The notes under the pieces are model-generated. The model was not told where the DNA came from, did no database searches, and worked only from the letters and a program-made list of their open reading frames with translations. From positions 1,198,497 to 1,262,496 of the forward strand of contig NW_002060946.1 of the NCBI RefSeq assembly GCF_000150275.1: DNA of 64,000 nt, in the 5' to 3' direction. Made by a program: the position numbers and the translations under genes. How positions within the stretch are numbered: position 1 is the stretch's first letter; each line of letters begins with the position of its first letter. This DNA is from Trichoplax adhaerens. Taxonomy: Eukaryota > Animalia > Placozoa. Shown one piece after another: positions 24,280 through 40,195 of the stretch.

Positions 24280-27200
24280 ATGCCAAGACCCGGTAATTCC
24301 AGTTATCGTAGTCGAAGTCGAAGTCATAGTCCTGCTCGTCGTAATCATTATCGGGATAGATATTACCGCGATAAGCGGAGAAGCCGTAGTCGGACACCTT
24401 CGTCTTCTCGTGGACGCAGTAATAAGCATAATAAAGAGGAAAGTAGGAGCCGTTCCAAAAGTCGAGATATCTTTGGACGTGATATCAATCGTCGTGATAT
24501 AACTAATAAAGACGATGATAGAAAGACGTAAGTATCATTGCTTCGGCGGTTAACAACTTATTTTTTGAAATCACTGGATCAAGTCAATCGGAACAGTCTT
24601 CCTTTTCATCCAAGATACGTTGAGCAAGCGACGACGTAGCCCATAATTCTAGGGTATTCGGACGTCATCATTTCAATATTGCACATTACTGACTAATGAC
24701 AATGAACGATAGTATTTAAGAATGATAATCAGACGTGCCTAGTCTAGTCTAGTCATAGATTTATCTTTTATTCTTCGGTAAACGATACAATACTAGGATT
24801 ATAAACTGGGCAAGTAGACAGTACGGTAGATGCAGTTCAATATTTTACAACTACTTCGGTTGGATTATCACTCAATCGCAAAATCAAATCAACGCTCTAA
24901 CCCTAAATCCTATAAATATACTCTAGATTAACGATAACTTAGGTTCATTCTATTTGGATACAGAATTAAACAATTCCATACAGCGTCGCATGGTAAATTA
25001 CCAGATCTTGAAAGAACTAAAATAAGTTCGCAAATCATCTTATGCGATAGTGGTCATATGTACGTTTATAATTAACTGATACGTCAATGGTATATTAACT
25101 TATCCGATTACCGATCAATCTTAAATGCGATAACCGCTTGCATTGTACGCAAAATATGATAAAGATGCCTTGACTCTTTTGGTTAATTAATAATCGAATC
25201 TACTATAATACTAAAGGGAGGGGTATAGGAGAGAAGCTTTTCATCTTTCATTTTACTATTTTATCCATTTTTTTCAATAGTGGTAGATAATATAATTGAG
25301 CTAGGGACTTTGCAAGTTTTTCAAGAGCGTCTATACGCGTATACGAGTAGATTGTGCAGTATGTATTTGAACATTAAGAACTTTTTAAGGAGGGTTTATC
25401 CCTTAGTGTTGATCTCCGGGGTAGTCCGTTGTTTTTGTAAAGGCCTTTCCTGTACTACTCAATTTCTGGGAAAGTCCATTTTCTCTTCTTTTCGGTTCAA
25501 TATTCAGGAAAAGTTGCTAATAGTGTACCGAAAGTAGTGTAAAAACAATCTTTACCATTAGTTAAATGTGCCTTTTAATGCATCATCTTACCATATGAAG
25601 TGATTGAAGATGGGAGATCAGGTGTAACACGGTCTATCTTGCTAAATAAATTTGCGATAAAGATGCATATACTTACATAGATTCAATGCCAATGTTATTG
25701 ATAGTGCAACATTTTCTATATACGATGTTGATAATGCTTAATGGATACGAAATTATAATATCGATGAAATTCATGTTAGCTTATGTGTTCGAGTTATGGA
25801 CAACGTAGGACCGTAAATTAATGGATGCTTATTTGTAATACATTCTACTCTACTAACTGTCTCCTATTTGATTTCCTTCTTGCAATGTAGACTCAGCCGG
25901 GCTGAAATAGAAGGTACGTTTGTTCATATTGTAGTAGATATTTGCTTGATCATCATGCAGTAACAAGATATTGCTTAATTGATTCAATTATCATGGCATA
26001 GTTTGTCTTACCTTAAGGTTATCAAATCACGTGCAATCGACTATTTATGTATGTTAAAAAAATTATGATGCCCTACAACCTAGAAGGATCTTTACGGTTT
26101 ACCAATTTTTGCATAGAGGAAGACATAACACTTCGTAATGTTCAAAAATTTTTCTTAACATTGTAGTATGTAATACGCTTTGAAGGTATTCAAAAGTCAT
26201 TCTATATAGAAGTAACCTTAACAATTACCTGTATCGTTAATTACATAGAATTGTAGTAATGCTAAGGATATTACGATACTATTAAGAATCAAATGGTTAG
26301 TCGTCAGTACGTTGTTAGTAAAATAAAAATTTATCCATTTAATTAAATCAAAGGGAATGTCGAAATGGAAGTGATGCGCCGTGTTGCTGAAGCCAAGTTA
26401 TTAATGGAGAAAAAACTTCAAGAAGAATATGATAGGAAATACGAGCTTGCTGTATCTGAACTACAAATGAAAGAGGTCATACGATACCATGTTTATAGCT
26501 GTTAAATATTTTTGGTTATAATGTGTAGTCCCAATCTTAACTACAACAATTCGTATGAAGGAGAAGAGCAATTTGTTATTATAGGGTGATTGAAGATATG
26601 CGATAATTAACTCTTTATTGATTACCGTATTTACAGATCCTTGCATCTAGTATTTTTATTTTAATCAATTTCGATAAAGTTTAGATAACATCAAGAGCTG
26701 ATCGGACTCAGATTAGCCAAAGCACAACCCTCTCCATTCACCATTAGTTGGAAGAAAATTTCATTGTTACTATTGTCTGCACAAAAGTGATTGCAGTCAT
26801 ATTAGAACCATTTTCATTGTGAAATATCAAGACAGGTTTTACTGTACAATTTTCTATCATGTACGTTGTACTCTATACTTATATATTAAATAATAAAGAT
26901 TTGGTGAGACCAACATCGATACTATTGCTCGCTACAGTTATCCAACTTGATAATCATTCTATCATACATTTATAATCTCACTGAAGTTAGCGGAATTATG
27001 AGTTGGTTGGTATTTAAATTTTTCAAAGTATTTACAGGTAGTAGAATGTAAGTTCATGTAATCGTAAAACTTTTGTGTTGTATTGGCGATAGCACACACG
27101 TCACACTTGAGCCTGAACTCAATTTGCCGACGTTCTGAACTTCAGTAAGGTGGTATGTTGATAAATAGTAGTGCACATACTTACATATTGTATGCTATTG

Positions 27201-27559
27201 TGCTACTGTAGGCAACAGAGCGTGACAAACTCCAGGAAGAGAAACAAGCAGTAGAAGGAGAGAAAAAAGTATTGGAAGAAGCTCAAGCAAAACTGGTAAA
27301 TAGGCTTTAGTATGTATGTTAACCTAAATTTAAATTACCTGAAATGAATAACGATAAAATGTATATTATCATTGTGGTATTTTAGGCGGAAGAACGCCTT
27401 GCTCTTTTAGAGCAGCAAAGACATCTTAATCAACAAAAAGTAAATATAAGTAAAGAAAAGAAACGATTAGAAAAATTAGAGCAGGAGTTAATCCTTAATA
27501 AAAGCAAGCAAGCCCGCCCTAAGTTATCGTTTAACATAAAGCAGAAGAGTATTTTGTAA
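24280..27559 (+). CDS. ARGLU1: Arginine- and glutamate-rich protein 1 (splicing/transcription regulator), 5 coding exons
   Basis: RS-rich exon 24280-24527. Further exons: 25891-25913; 26354-26475 (VEMEVMRRVAEAKLLMEKKLQEE); 27212-27295 (..LEEAQAKL); 27386-27559 (AEERLALLEQQR..EQELILNKSKQARPKLSFNIK). RPKLSF is the ARGLU1 C-terminal signature. Confidence 0.88.
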
Positions 27560-28614
27560 TGACGTATTGTTGTTCTGAACTCTCTATATGGATTAAGTCA
27601 ACGACCAAAAAGGTGAGCGGCCAATAGATATAGTTAAATCTTCTTGCGTACAATACTACGTATACCGCTTGGATTACTGTGGAGGCTTTACATCGGGATT
27701 TTTTCGCAATGGATACTGCACTTATTACCCATCGACATACGGTATATCCATTTGAATACAAATACCTTGATGTATTAAATTCTAAATATCATATTTGATA
27801 CTTTCAAGTAAGACAAACATACTTACTTGAATTCCGTTTAATCGACCTGATTGTGTACCATCGACATTATATCTCGACTTCTTCATTTCTCATGTACGTA
27901 TCCTGTTATATTGCGATTATTATGTATTTAGAAAAAAATTGACAATGCCTTCACGACTCATAAAAGTTCTGAGCGCTTGTGATATATTAGTTAGCTACAT
28001 TTGTCTTTATTCTTTGTGTCTCATAATGTACAAAAAATGACTGTTTTCAATAAACTTTACAGAAATTGAAAAGATTGATAAAGATGGTATCGTTTTGCAA
28101 ATGACTAGTTTTAATTTTGCTTAAAGCTGAATGCGAGTACACCTGTATTTACAAGATTGCAGTATGAAGATAAAATTAATTTACAGGACTTTCAACTCTA
28201 TGCGATTACAGCAATATCGTTACAGAGTGTTGACTCCAGTACAATTTAAACATAAGTAAATACGTTGAAAAGATTGATATTGATTAATCTTCAAAATTAT
28301 AGTGTTTTCAAAGCGATCGTAGCATTCGCGATAATTTGAGGTGGAGTAGTTTCCTGCTTAGCGTCAATTAGAATATCAAATGCGAATGATAATAGTGATT
28401 GCAGGGTTTTAGATTACTATTACAGCCAATTCGCTAAAATGATTTTAATTTGACAATTATATAAAATGATATCAGATAGCAATTAACGTTAAATAATGTA
28501 GGAGTGGTTATGTACAGGATCAATTGGAGAGTAGTTGCATATTAATTAACATGTAATAGACCTGTATTTAAAAGTTTCTTTATGGAGGTAAGTTGATACT
28601 TCATTTCGGTAATA

Positions 28615-31494
28615 TTAACGAAATTTTTCCCTCAGTTTATGCCATTCACTTGCCACCGCAGTGCGTTTCTGCCAAAGATATTCCTGACCATATAGTATAT
28701 ACGCTCTAGGTTTGTTATGATAGCATAAAGCTTAAAATTTCTAAAGTTATGAAAACCCAGGTAATGCTTTTTTATTGTGTCTGACTAACCCTCCAAATAG
28801 TGCTCCACTTAGATGTGCAGAATGACTCAAAAATCTCCACCTAAATAGTAGTCCTAATACATCAATGGCCATTATCGCTAGCATTCCCTAATAGTAAAAA
28901 GTGATCCTAAGTATATTTGTAATAATGCAGCAATGGATAACATAGGGCATTTGAAAGTTCTTACGTGAGTAATTGGGAAAGAGAAAAATGGAAGAAATAT
29001 TATAGATAGTTGAGTATCAGGTCTTTTCAAACATATTACTGCTAATGTTCCCATTAATGCACCAGACTAAAAGAAATCCAACCGTTCAATATTTTTACGT
29101 GGTACTTTATACTACATAATTTATGACACTATTCAGATTTACTTACCGCTCCAAGTCCAAACACCCGAGTGCTTCTAATTGCTAGATGATATAAGTTTTG
29201 GCCAAGTGAGGCAAACACGCCTATTAAAACAGAGTCAGATACACTGTTACACGTGTATTGTAATTGTTTACAAAGTTAAAGGGATATTTAGCATGATAGC
29301 ATATTCTTCAACTCTTAAAATTATCAATATTCTTTTAAGTTTCTAGGTTGTTCAGAACTCATCTACATTACCAGCTGATATGTACGTAGCGAAAAATTGC
29401 TCTTTACCAAGTATATCTAGTGAATTGAGTCAAAATTGAGAACAGTTATTATCAAAGTAAGAATGTGTACTGAATTGCTTATTCACTTTGAAGACTGAAT
29501 GAGATACTTGATAAAATTATTAAATGCTAGTAAAGTATGTGTATAACTCCCATCAAATAGTAGTACCGCATGCTAAAGGTGCAAAATTCCATAAAACAAA
29601 CATATTCATGCCAAGGTGCCACCAATCGAAATGGCTGAAGGTGCTTGTTAATAGGGTTATAGATCTGCCTATATTTACGATAAGTAAAGATATTAGCTTT
29701 CAATGTTAATTCATTTTGTAAGTAATAATAAAGAGATAGTTATCGCTATAAATGAGATTAGTAAATTCATAAATACTTTACCACTAGCAGGGTTGTTTGT
29801 GAACCATCGTACCATAAATGGAAACAGCTTAGGGATCTTCCACAATGCAAACACTCCAGCATTAATAGCTATGATGGCTGAGTGATAAGAAAGTTCAATT
29901 AAGGCTTAGTTAGAATTAGCTATTAAGGCTAAGTTATTGATAAAATGCACATTTCTAAAGATGCAGCAATAATTGAGTTTTCAACCATCAATTGTCTATT
30001 TGCAACCATATTAATTCTTTTCGAATTTTATAATTTAAATATGCAAGTAATTTATTTGGCTCTAACTTGTAGCAACTTTGCGACTATCCGGTAAGGAATT
30101 CCACCATCGATTGAGCTGCGAAAATGTGTAGAGACTCCATTGATTAGCTTATACAGTAATGACAATTATAATTATTTATTCTATGATGCATACAGCTAAC
30201 ATAATTTGAAAGGAATATAAGTTTGTTGATTGATTATACGATATCGATAGCGTTGATTAGTACAGATGTATTTCCAAAAGTGAAGTACGTTTTGTAGTCC
30301 TACCTTTCTCCTGAATTCGCCATTTTTGTATCGTGTAAAATCCTGAAAGAAATCTTTAAAAGGGCCCCGTATCCTGCTTAGCCCCATGATACCCAATGAT
30401 CTCATTTTCTCATATTCGGCAATGATAGCACCTGTAAAGCTTACGGCACATACCTTTCAAATATAATATTAAATGTAGTTGTTACACTTTTATGAAGGGT
30501 AATATAGTAATATCACATAATTAAATATTGCAGCCACGCAAGCTTACAGCAACACTGAATATGAACGGTTTCGTTACTAAGTTACGAAAGCTTGCATTCC
30601 GGTTCTTCTCATGCATATAACGGTCCGTAAATTTGTCAGCATTGTCATGTGTGCTACGTCTTAATTGTCCCGGTCTAAACTGATGGCGGACAGCGTCCAA
30701 TCGGAAGGGATTGTGCGTAGAGATATTTCTAAATAGAATTAAATAGAACTTATTTAGTGACTATTACTTCATTCATTATTAACATATAATCGATTCGTTA
30801 TTGGAGATTCAAACAATAATGTTCAACTTATTTTTATTATTTGCTACAAGGAATCGGATCGCAAACATACATAAAACTGGCGATATCATGCTATCCACAA
30901 TGTAGTATACTTAGGAGAAATCCATTATTAATTATTGGTCTTAAATGTTGAATATGCAGCATCTATTTGACCACTGCGTTTATTATGAGCACTAATCTCA
31001 GCAGTAATAGGAATTACAGGTGGTGTTGATAAACTAATCATAGCGTCCGTGACAGCCTAAAGTAATGATAATAATCCAGAATGTACAGTAGAATGAATCA
31101 GATATCTCTCTCTATATACAGTACATGAAAGTAGTTCCTTCTGATGCTGCTAATACAAGTCTTGTATCATTATTATTTCTCTTACTTCTGCAGAAAAATA
31201 TCCCAGTCTCACTACTTGATTAATAGAATTACTGCATAGGTACTGTAATGAACACAAATTGCACTTGATCGTCATTGCTAATTTATAGTCATTTGCATGG
31301 CATTGGCGCTCTAGTATTTAGTGAGTTAATTTGTAATGCAAGGTCAAGATTTAGCGCTGATAGCATATAAGATATGCACTTAACGATCAATAATAGAATT
31401 GATCATTTATTCTCAAGGCGTCTACGTACCTGATGCAGAGTCTAGGCAAGCCCCTCGAGATTGCAGTAACCGTTGTTAAACCATTGATCATCAT
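28615..31494 (-). CDS. PARL: Mitochondrial rhomboid protease PARL, about 10 exons
   Basis: Spliced peptides: Arg-rich presequence, KPFIFSVA, LNRWWNSLPDSRK, IIAINAGVFALWK, STFSHFDWWHLGMNMFVLWNF, ILGKEQFFATYISAG, catalytic LGA|SGA and HSAHLSGALFG, ending WHKLREKFR*. Confidence 0.92.
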
Positions 31495-31842
31495 CGTCGC
31501 TTGAACACTATCGAGACTTCTCCTAAGGGTATACTCTCATGTACTCTACACACCGCCAGTTGTTCAATGAATATACACTGTACAAGAAATGATTGCCTGT
31601 GATTCCTTGGCTCATGTAATTTCCTATTGAGATGTTATTAAAGCTAGTGGATATTGTTATTGATTAATTGAAGATTTGTAGTCTTGTATTATAGGAGGAA
31701 GGAGCTGAGTTGCGTGCAGAGCCGATCGTCGGGTTGTCTTTCACACGCTTGACTACTGTACGAAATGATGGAAGATTTTCATACTAAGTGAGCATCGATT
31801 GTACACTTTCCGGTATTCATGTTTTGGGCTGCATACACGACA

Positions 31843-32345
31843 TAGTACTGTGCCATTATACTGTAGTACCGTACAGTACAGTATTGCACACTCTATGCAC
31901 AGTGTACAGTACTGTACTGTATTGCACGCTCTACCTGTACTGTATGCACAGTGTACTGTACAACACAGTACAATGTACTGTACAGTACAAGATGCATGTC
32001 GGAGTACTTAGTACTGTAGTACTGTAGTGTACAGTATTGCACACTCCATGCACAGTGTACAGTGTACAGTGTACAGTACAAGAGGCATACCGGTGTACTG
32101 TACACTGTACGGTACAGTACTGTACTGTACTGTACTGTACTACACATACTGTACTGTACAGTACAGTAGTTTACAGCCCGTACTGTAAACTACAGTACTA
32201 GAAAACTTTGAATAGCAGTACGCAAACATGATGCCATACTGTATTCAGTAGAAAGCTAGATCCAATTGACGTACAGTACAGTACAGTTGCTACCCATATT
32301 GGCTAATGCACTGTAGCTAGTCGCCCTAAAAAGTACTGTACACTT
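31843..32345. repeat. (CAGTA/TACTG)n GTAC array in the PARL/COG3 divergent promoter
   Basis: For example gtacagtactgtactgtactgtactgtac at about 32112-32140 and gtacagtacagtacag at 32271. Confidence 0.92.
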
Positions 32346-32442
32346 ACTGACTGAACTGCAGTATCAAACGTCATCATAAGCCCAAAACAAAGCCACTGAT
32401 GCCAAATCAGCCAAAACGCCTGCAAAATCTGCCAAAGTGAAC

Positions 32443-35400
32443 ATGGCGGCGTTGTCTTCTGTTCGTTCCAAGCAGGGCAATAAGAGCCAAATGGATCAAT
32501 TGTCCTTATGGAATAGCAAGAATGAATGTATTGCTCCTCTAAGCGAGAGCCAAATCGATAGTATTCACCAGTTGGCTTTGCTATCCAGACATTTACCTAT
32601 GCCATCTGATGTTACTCAGGTAGGTCTAGGATTAGCATTATCAGTCAAGGATGGCCATGCAATGGCTGGAAGGAAGCGATCTTATTTTAGCATAGAACGA
32701 TTGATAATTGTGTTTTGACGCAGTGTTATAGCTTTTACGATGCATATTAGGTAGTGTAGTATAATTTGTCTTTGTGGATTACATAGAATGTTTTATTTAT
32801 GATATATAGACGACGATGAAAGCGGAAATCAAGGATGAAAAAGATCAAGCAAAGTCGATCAGTTCTATACCCGCTTCTCCACGATCGCCTAATATGCCAG
32901 AATCGTTTGAAAATCATGGCATGAAACAACCTGTCGAAACAGCACAACAGGTATTAATCTGACTAAATTGGAACGAATAGAAACACTTAAATCATTCCAT
33001 CGTACTCTCTCTTATCTATAATGATATTACAGCGCTGTCGTTGCTTTCTTTAAATTCGTCAATCATCACTATGGCAGCAAGAACTGGATGTCAGAGTCAT
33101 CATTAATGGCGACATGTAGCAATGCATTGTAACACTTTATTCCTTTTTCTAGTTCTTTTCTTGGTTCGCAGATGTTGAATTACAGATGGAAAGTGAACAG
33201 GAACAAGAATATAGGTCAGTTGCAAGCTAAGTGGCGTATACAGCCGCCTTCGTACTTGTTAATTTACGGCTACTCTGACGAGTACAATGTTGCTATCAGC
33301 AGTGGTAAAACACCTGCGTAGATATAAAGATAGACGCATTAGTTACGTTATCAACTTGGACTGCACCTTGACCAATGACAATATTGGAGGTTTTACAGCT
33401 TCTTAAAGAATTCTTTTAATATGAACTATTATTACCTTTGAAAATAGTAATCATTCCCTTTACAAGTTACCCTACAGTGTTATAGTTTCACTTTTACTGT
33501 AAAAGGTGATGTTATCGGGATTGGTTTAGAAATGAAATCAAATAGAATGATATGTAATTTGAATGATAGAGCATACAGCGATCAACTTGATCAATATTAC
33601 CAGCTGTGTACGAGCATCGAAGAACAGATTGATAATGCTTTATATCACTTGGAAGAATTAAAAGATCAGCATGTTACGGTTTCCACTAAAGCGAATACAT
33701 TGCACGCTGCTTGTGAAAAATTACTAGCAGAGCAAGTGAGTTAATTCACGCTATTTTATCTTTTCGGCTTATTTGTTCAAGGTATTTACTAGGTATTTTA
33801 GTGTATAACGCTTACCATTGTGTTAGTAAAAATATTTTACCATATTCTTACATCGTACTTCGAAACTAAAGCATGCAAATAACTTTGATGTTAGTAGTAC
33901 ATTGCACAATACTGCCTGTTTTAGAATTTGTAATGTTCGTCAATAGATTAAGTATCTATTATTTTGTGTACTTTAAGACAAAGCTGATGACTGTTGCTGA
34001 AAGTATAAATAACAAATTATCCTACTTTAACGAATTGGAAAAATTAAGTCGGGTATGTAAATGATAATTAAAACAAATTCCATTGTAGTTGGTAAACTAT
34101 TGACGATATTAAGGAATGGGGCAATGAATTCATTTTTTACTTACTCTGATAGAAATTAAGTTTACCAACACTCTCGGTTACATCTGAGGCGTTTGCTAAT
34201 ATCCTTGCAAGACTTGATGAATGTCTTAGTTTCCTACAGTTAAATGTAAGTTATGTAAATACCCATCGATGATTATGTACTATTAGATTTATTGATTTAT
34301 TTCTGTACCTTTATTAATTTTATAAATTTGTGTTGCTTTTATTTTCTAGCCAAGCTATAAGGAATCACAGATTTATACTCTGCGATTTCGTCAATGCTTA
34401 CTCAGGTCATTAAATATGATAAAGCATTATGTAGTGTCTAGGTTCAAAAATACCACACAGATAATTCTCAAACAGGTACTGTGTACTCTAGTTTCAATTT
34501 TAGTGCAACCTATAAGCGTATTTATAGACCATGATCTAGTGTATCTTATATGCGAGTATGTACAAACCTACCGACTTAAAATTTAAATTAAAACAAATTT
34601 TATAGACTAATCGAGTAATACCTCCGGAAAGAGTATTTACTGAATATTACAATAACTTTCGTACGAGCTCAGCGAAAGTGAAGGTATGCAATTCTATTGG
34701 ATATCCACAACGTTTGGTAATCGTTATTTTATAATTCCTAAATTGAATATACTTTGTTATTAGGTTGTTACTGAACTAGTGGAACAACGGGCAAATAAAA
34801 GCAAAGAGTAAGGACTAAAAATATAAAATTGTTCTATGGATGCGCCATGTAACCTTATTATCTATTGATAGGTATTTTGCGCTATTGCAAGACTGCCGCC
34901 AGTGTTATACAACTCAACGAATTGCAATTATGACAGGCTATATTCAAAGATGGATTCAAACTATTCTACAAGAGCATCTTCGCGATCATTGTGCCCAGGT
35001 AGATGATGAAAGTATACTGCAATGATGGATACATACTTTGTTGCTTTGGAAAAAGTTTATCATAGTAAAACCAAGTTTTCATCTAATAGGTTCGAGCAGG
35101 CTGCAAATTTATGCTGCATGTCTGCCACGATGAATACGAGTTATATTTTAATTTCTATGGTATGGGAAGCGATGAAATTAGGTTAGCCAAAAAAGCAATT
35201 AGTAAATGTGTTGACACGAGTAATATATCGCCCCTTCGTTTACACTTTTCTATCACATATTATAGTCAGCTTTTAGAATACTTTTCGAATTGCTTATACA
35301 CATCCTTGCGACCTGTTATTATCAAAATAAATCACTTGGAAACCCTCGCAGAACTTTGTTCAATCTTAAAGGTAATCACCATTGATATATTGTTAAAGGC

Positions 35401-37677
35401 GTCTATGTCTGAAATAGTTACATATTTTATTGAACTGCGTTGAAACAGAGTTTCTGATACGAGATAAATTGATACTTGCAGACTGAATTATTGGAAGATC
35501 AAATCATTCCTAAAGGTAAACTAGAAATATGAGCTTGTCATTTTAACTGCAAAACTTGATAACTCATTCCTGATATGCCATTTCCAAGGTGACGAGCTAG
35601 CAGCGTTCGGTTTAATTGTTTCTAATATGCTCGAAGATGTACAAGAGAGGCTTGTATATCGAGCACAGGTAAAATTGTTTGTTGTTACTGTTGTATATTA
35701 CTAATATAGTATTGGTGTATTTGATTGGACTTGTATTGACGCTCTTGCTAATTATTTTATTTATTAGGCATATATTCAAAACGATATTGATAGATATAAT
35801 CCAGCACCAGGAGATTTAGCTTATCCTGACAAATTGCAAATGATTCATGACATGGAAGTAAATATCATTTAAGTACAATTTTATGCTAGGGTAATGAAAT
35901 TATGCATGCAGTACCACATGATGCTACTAAGGCTATTATTGTATTTTGACAATAGCAAAAGCAAACGCCTGAAGATAAAGAAGGATTAGATGATAGCTTT
36001 ACTGATCCTGAAATGACTTCTATACCGCTTGGATCTTCAACCCCAATGAACCGACCAATGCAACCGCTACCAGTAGTTCCAACCGCAGATTCATATGCTA
36101 TGTGGTATCCAACTGTGCGTCGCACATTGCTATGCTTGTCAAAATTATACAGATGTGTTGATGTAAGTAGGATGATTTAGTGAGCCTCTGCGAAGATATC
36201 GCTTAAATGTAGTTTTCACTTTTTTATTTAGAAATATATCTTTGAAGGACTATCCCAGGAAGCTATTTCTGTCTGCATCCGATCTTTAATCAAAGCTAGT
36301 CAAATGATTATAAGCAAAAAGGTTGCTGAGATTTTCAATATCATCTGAGTTAGTAACAACGAATTAAAATGCAGAATTATTTTCTTTTTGAATAGAGTAA
36401 AACCGATGGCTACCTATTTATTATTAAACATATATTAATATTACGAGAACAAATAGCCCCATTTGAAGTCGAATTTGCCGTGAAAGAAACTTCACTTGAC
36501 TTTAGCCATATTAAAGGTTTAACAATACTTTTTAATACTTGAAATATTTTTTAATGTCTACTAACATCGCTTCTTGGTGTAAAATTGTTGTAGATGTTGC
36601 GTACGATTTGTACTTGAAGGGTCGCAAAGGTTTGACGTTGGATAGTAATAACACTGTTCTAAAGTTACTACTGGATGTAAGCTCAACTATAACGATAATT
36701 TTTTTTAAAATAAAATTGATTAAAAATTCGATTTGGAGGGAAATGATCTATAAAATCATATTGTTTTTATCTAGGGTATTCCGCATGTCACTGAAAGTTA
36801 CGTCGATTCTAAAGAAAATGTGAATAAGAATTTAAAGGAATATTGTCAACTATTTATAAATCATGTCACAGATCTGTTTGTAGCTCCTATTAAAGCATTT
36901 ATGGATAGGGTAAGTATTGCAATTTCTAAACACTGTTCGTATGTAAGAAAATATCTGAGCTACGTTTTGATTTTAAAATAAATTTGTGCGGTAATATAGG
37001 CAGAAGTGATTTTGTCAATGGACAAGAACAACTCTAAAAATAATAAGGTTTTTCTGGCAAAACAACCTTTCGCGCAACCTGGCAAGTTATTTACAAATAC
37101 AAACTATAATTTTATGTTCTCAGTTTTAGCAGTTAATTTATGGTTATATCTTTCTGAAATCCTTTAGAAAAAGTTCGTGAAGTTATTAATGAAACGTATA
37201 CAGGTATAAAAAGAAAGGTTACCGGCATTTTAATGAGTATGTCTATTTATTTGTCCAACAAAGATACCGAATACATTCTATTTAAGCCAATTAAGGTAAT
37301 AACGAATTAGTTTAGGTTTTTCTTATTGAATCGTTCGACGTGATTTAAACTATCATGATTTCCTGGATCGCTAAAATTTAATATTTGGCGTATAATTAGG
37401 CGAATGTATTACAAACTTTTAAGAAGGCATCAGAACTGATTTCCTCAAATTATTCTGATGAAGACCAACAAATTATAGGCTGTCCATCTCAAGATCAGGT
37501 AATTACATCGTTAGATGTTATATATATTAAAGACTTTATCACAAAATTCTTCCATGAGGATGTCTTGAATGTCTTTTACAGTCAACACAACTGTTATAGT
37601 TATGCATTTCTTATTTTGTTTACTTACTAAATTAGGTTACAATGCTACTTGCAACAACGAAAGTAGCAGAAGATTGA
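32443..37677 (+). CDS. COG3: Conserved oligomeric Golgi complex subunit 3 (Sec34), about 24 exons
   Basis: [17 protein letters not shown]|[113 protein letters not shown] and [16 protein letters not shown]. Confidence 0.95.
37082..37167 (+). other. GC-AG intron in COG3
   Basis: CCTG|GCAAGT donor; splicing to tttag|AAAAA gives in-frame FAQP-EKVRE. The nearby GT at +5 would shift the frame. Confidence 0.75.
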
Positions 37678-38545
37678 AACGTTACGAGATTATAATATTA
37701 AGAATTCTATTATTAGCAACAGTGTGGCTTTTATTGCAAACAATGCAATTTGTATATATGTTAAAATTGAAGCTTGCTTCATCATTTTCCCTTTCAAATT
37801 AACTTGTCCATAATATAATGTATTGAGCAGTCTTTATAGCACTAAGATTATATCGATCTGTGATAATTTTTGTTTTGAAACAGCAAAATATGCGGCTATA
37901 TTTAACAACGGTAGCAACGTGAAGTTATCGCTACTCTCTTTACTGTACTGTATGTATGTCTCTAACTGCTATTACAATTTGGAAACTAAATCAAAATTTT
38001 TATTAAACATTTGTAACCTAACTTACGCGAGAAGTCAAAGAGTATTTTTACAATGTTTTTGTCTCAAGTACTGCATTAATATCAATACTAGAACAATTAG
38101 TATTGTGGCTATAGTAATGAAAGCAGACTATCAATTGCTATTACTGACATAGGTTGGATACTGGTTATTGCCCTGGGTATATATGTACAGTTACACAAAA
38201 ACAACACAAAATAATGGCATAATTAGGCTAAGCTTTATTTAGATAAATTCGTGCATTTTTCATCGTTATTCGATGGCTTATAGTGTAAATCTGTAACATA
38301 CCGGCGATAAGGATGTATTTTTTGGATACTATAATTAAACGTGATATGAACAGGTATTTACGATAGAAACTGCGATGAATGCTTTAAATAGATCTGTAAC
38401 TAATTAATTATCTGAAACTAGAGATACAGTACATTGGTCATGCAGTTATTTGAATCAAATAGAGTAGATTACTTGTGATTATGCTAGAAACGACTACGGA
38501 CGATTACTCAATCGTGGGAATTATATAACTATTAGTAGCTATACT

Positions 38546-40195
<1,650 letters not shown>

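Noticed and set aside
31017-31231. Possible cassette exons in PARL intron 1 (31186-31231, about 31017-31055)
   Set aside because: Exon 1 already joins the exon at about 30728 in frame, the acceptors are weak, and splice-like signals alone are insufficient.
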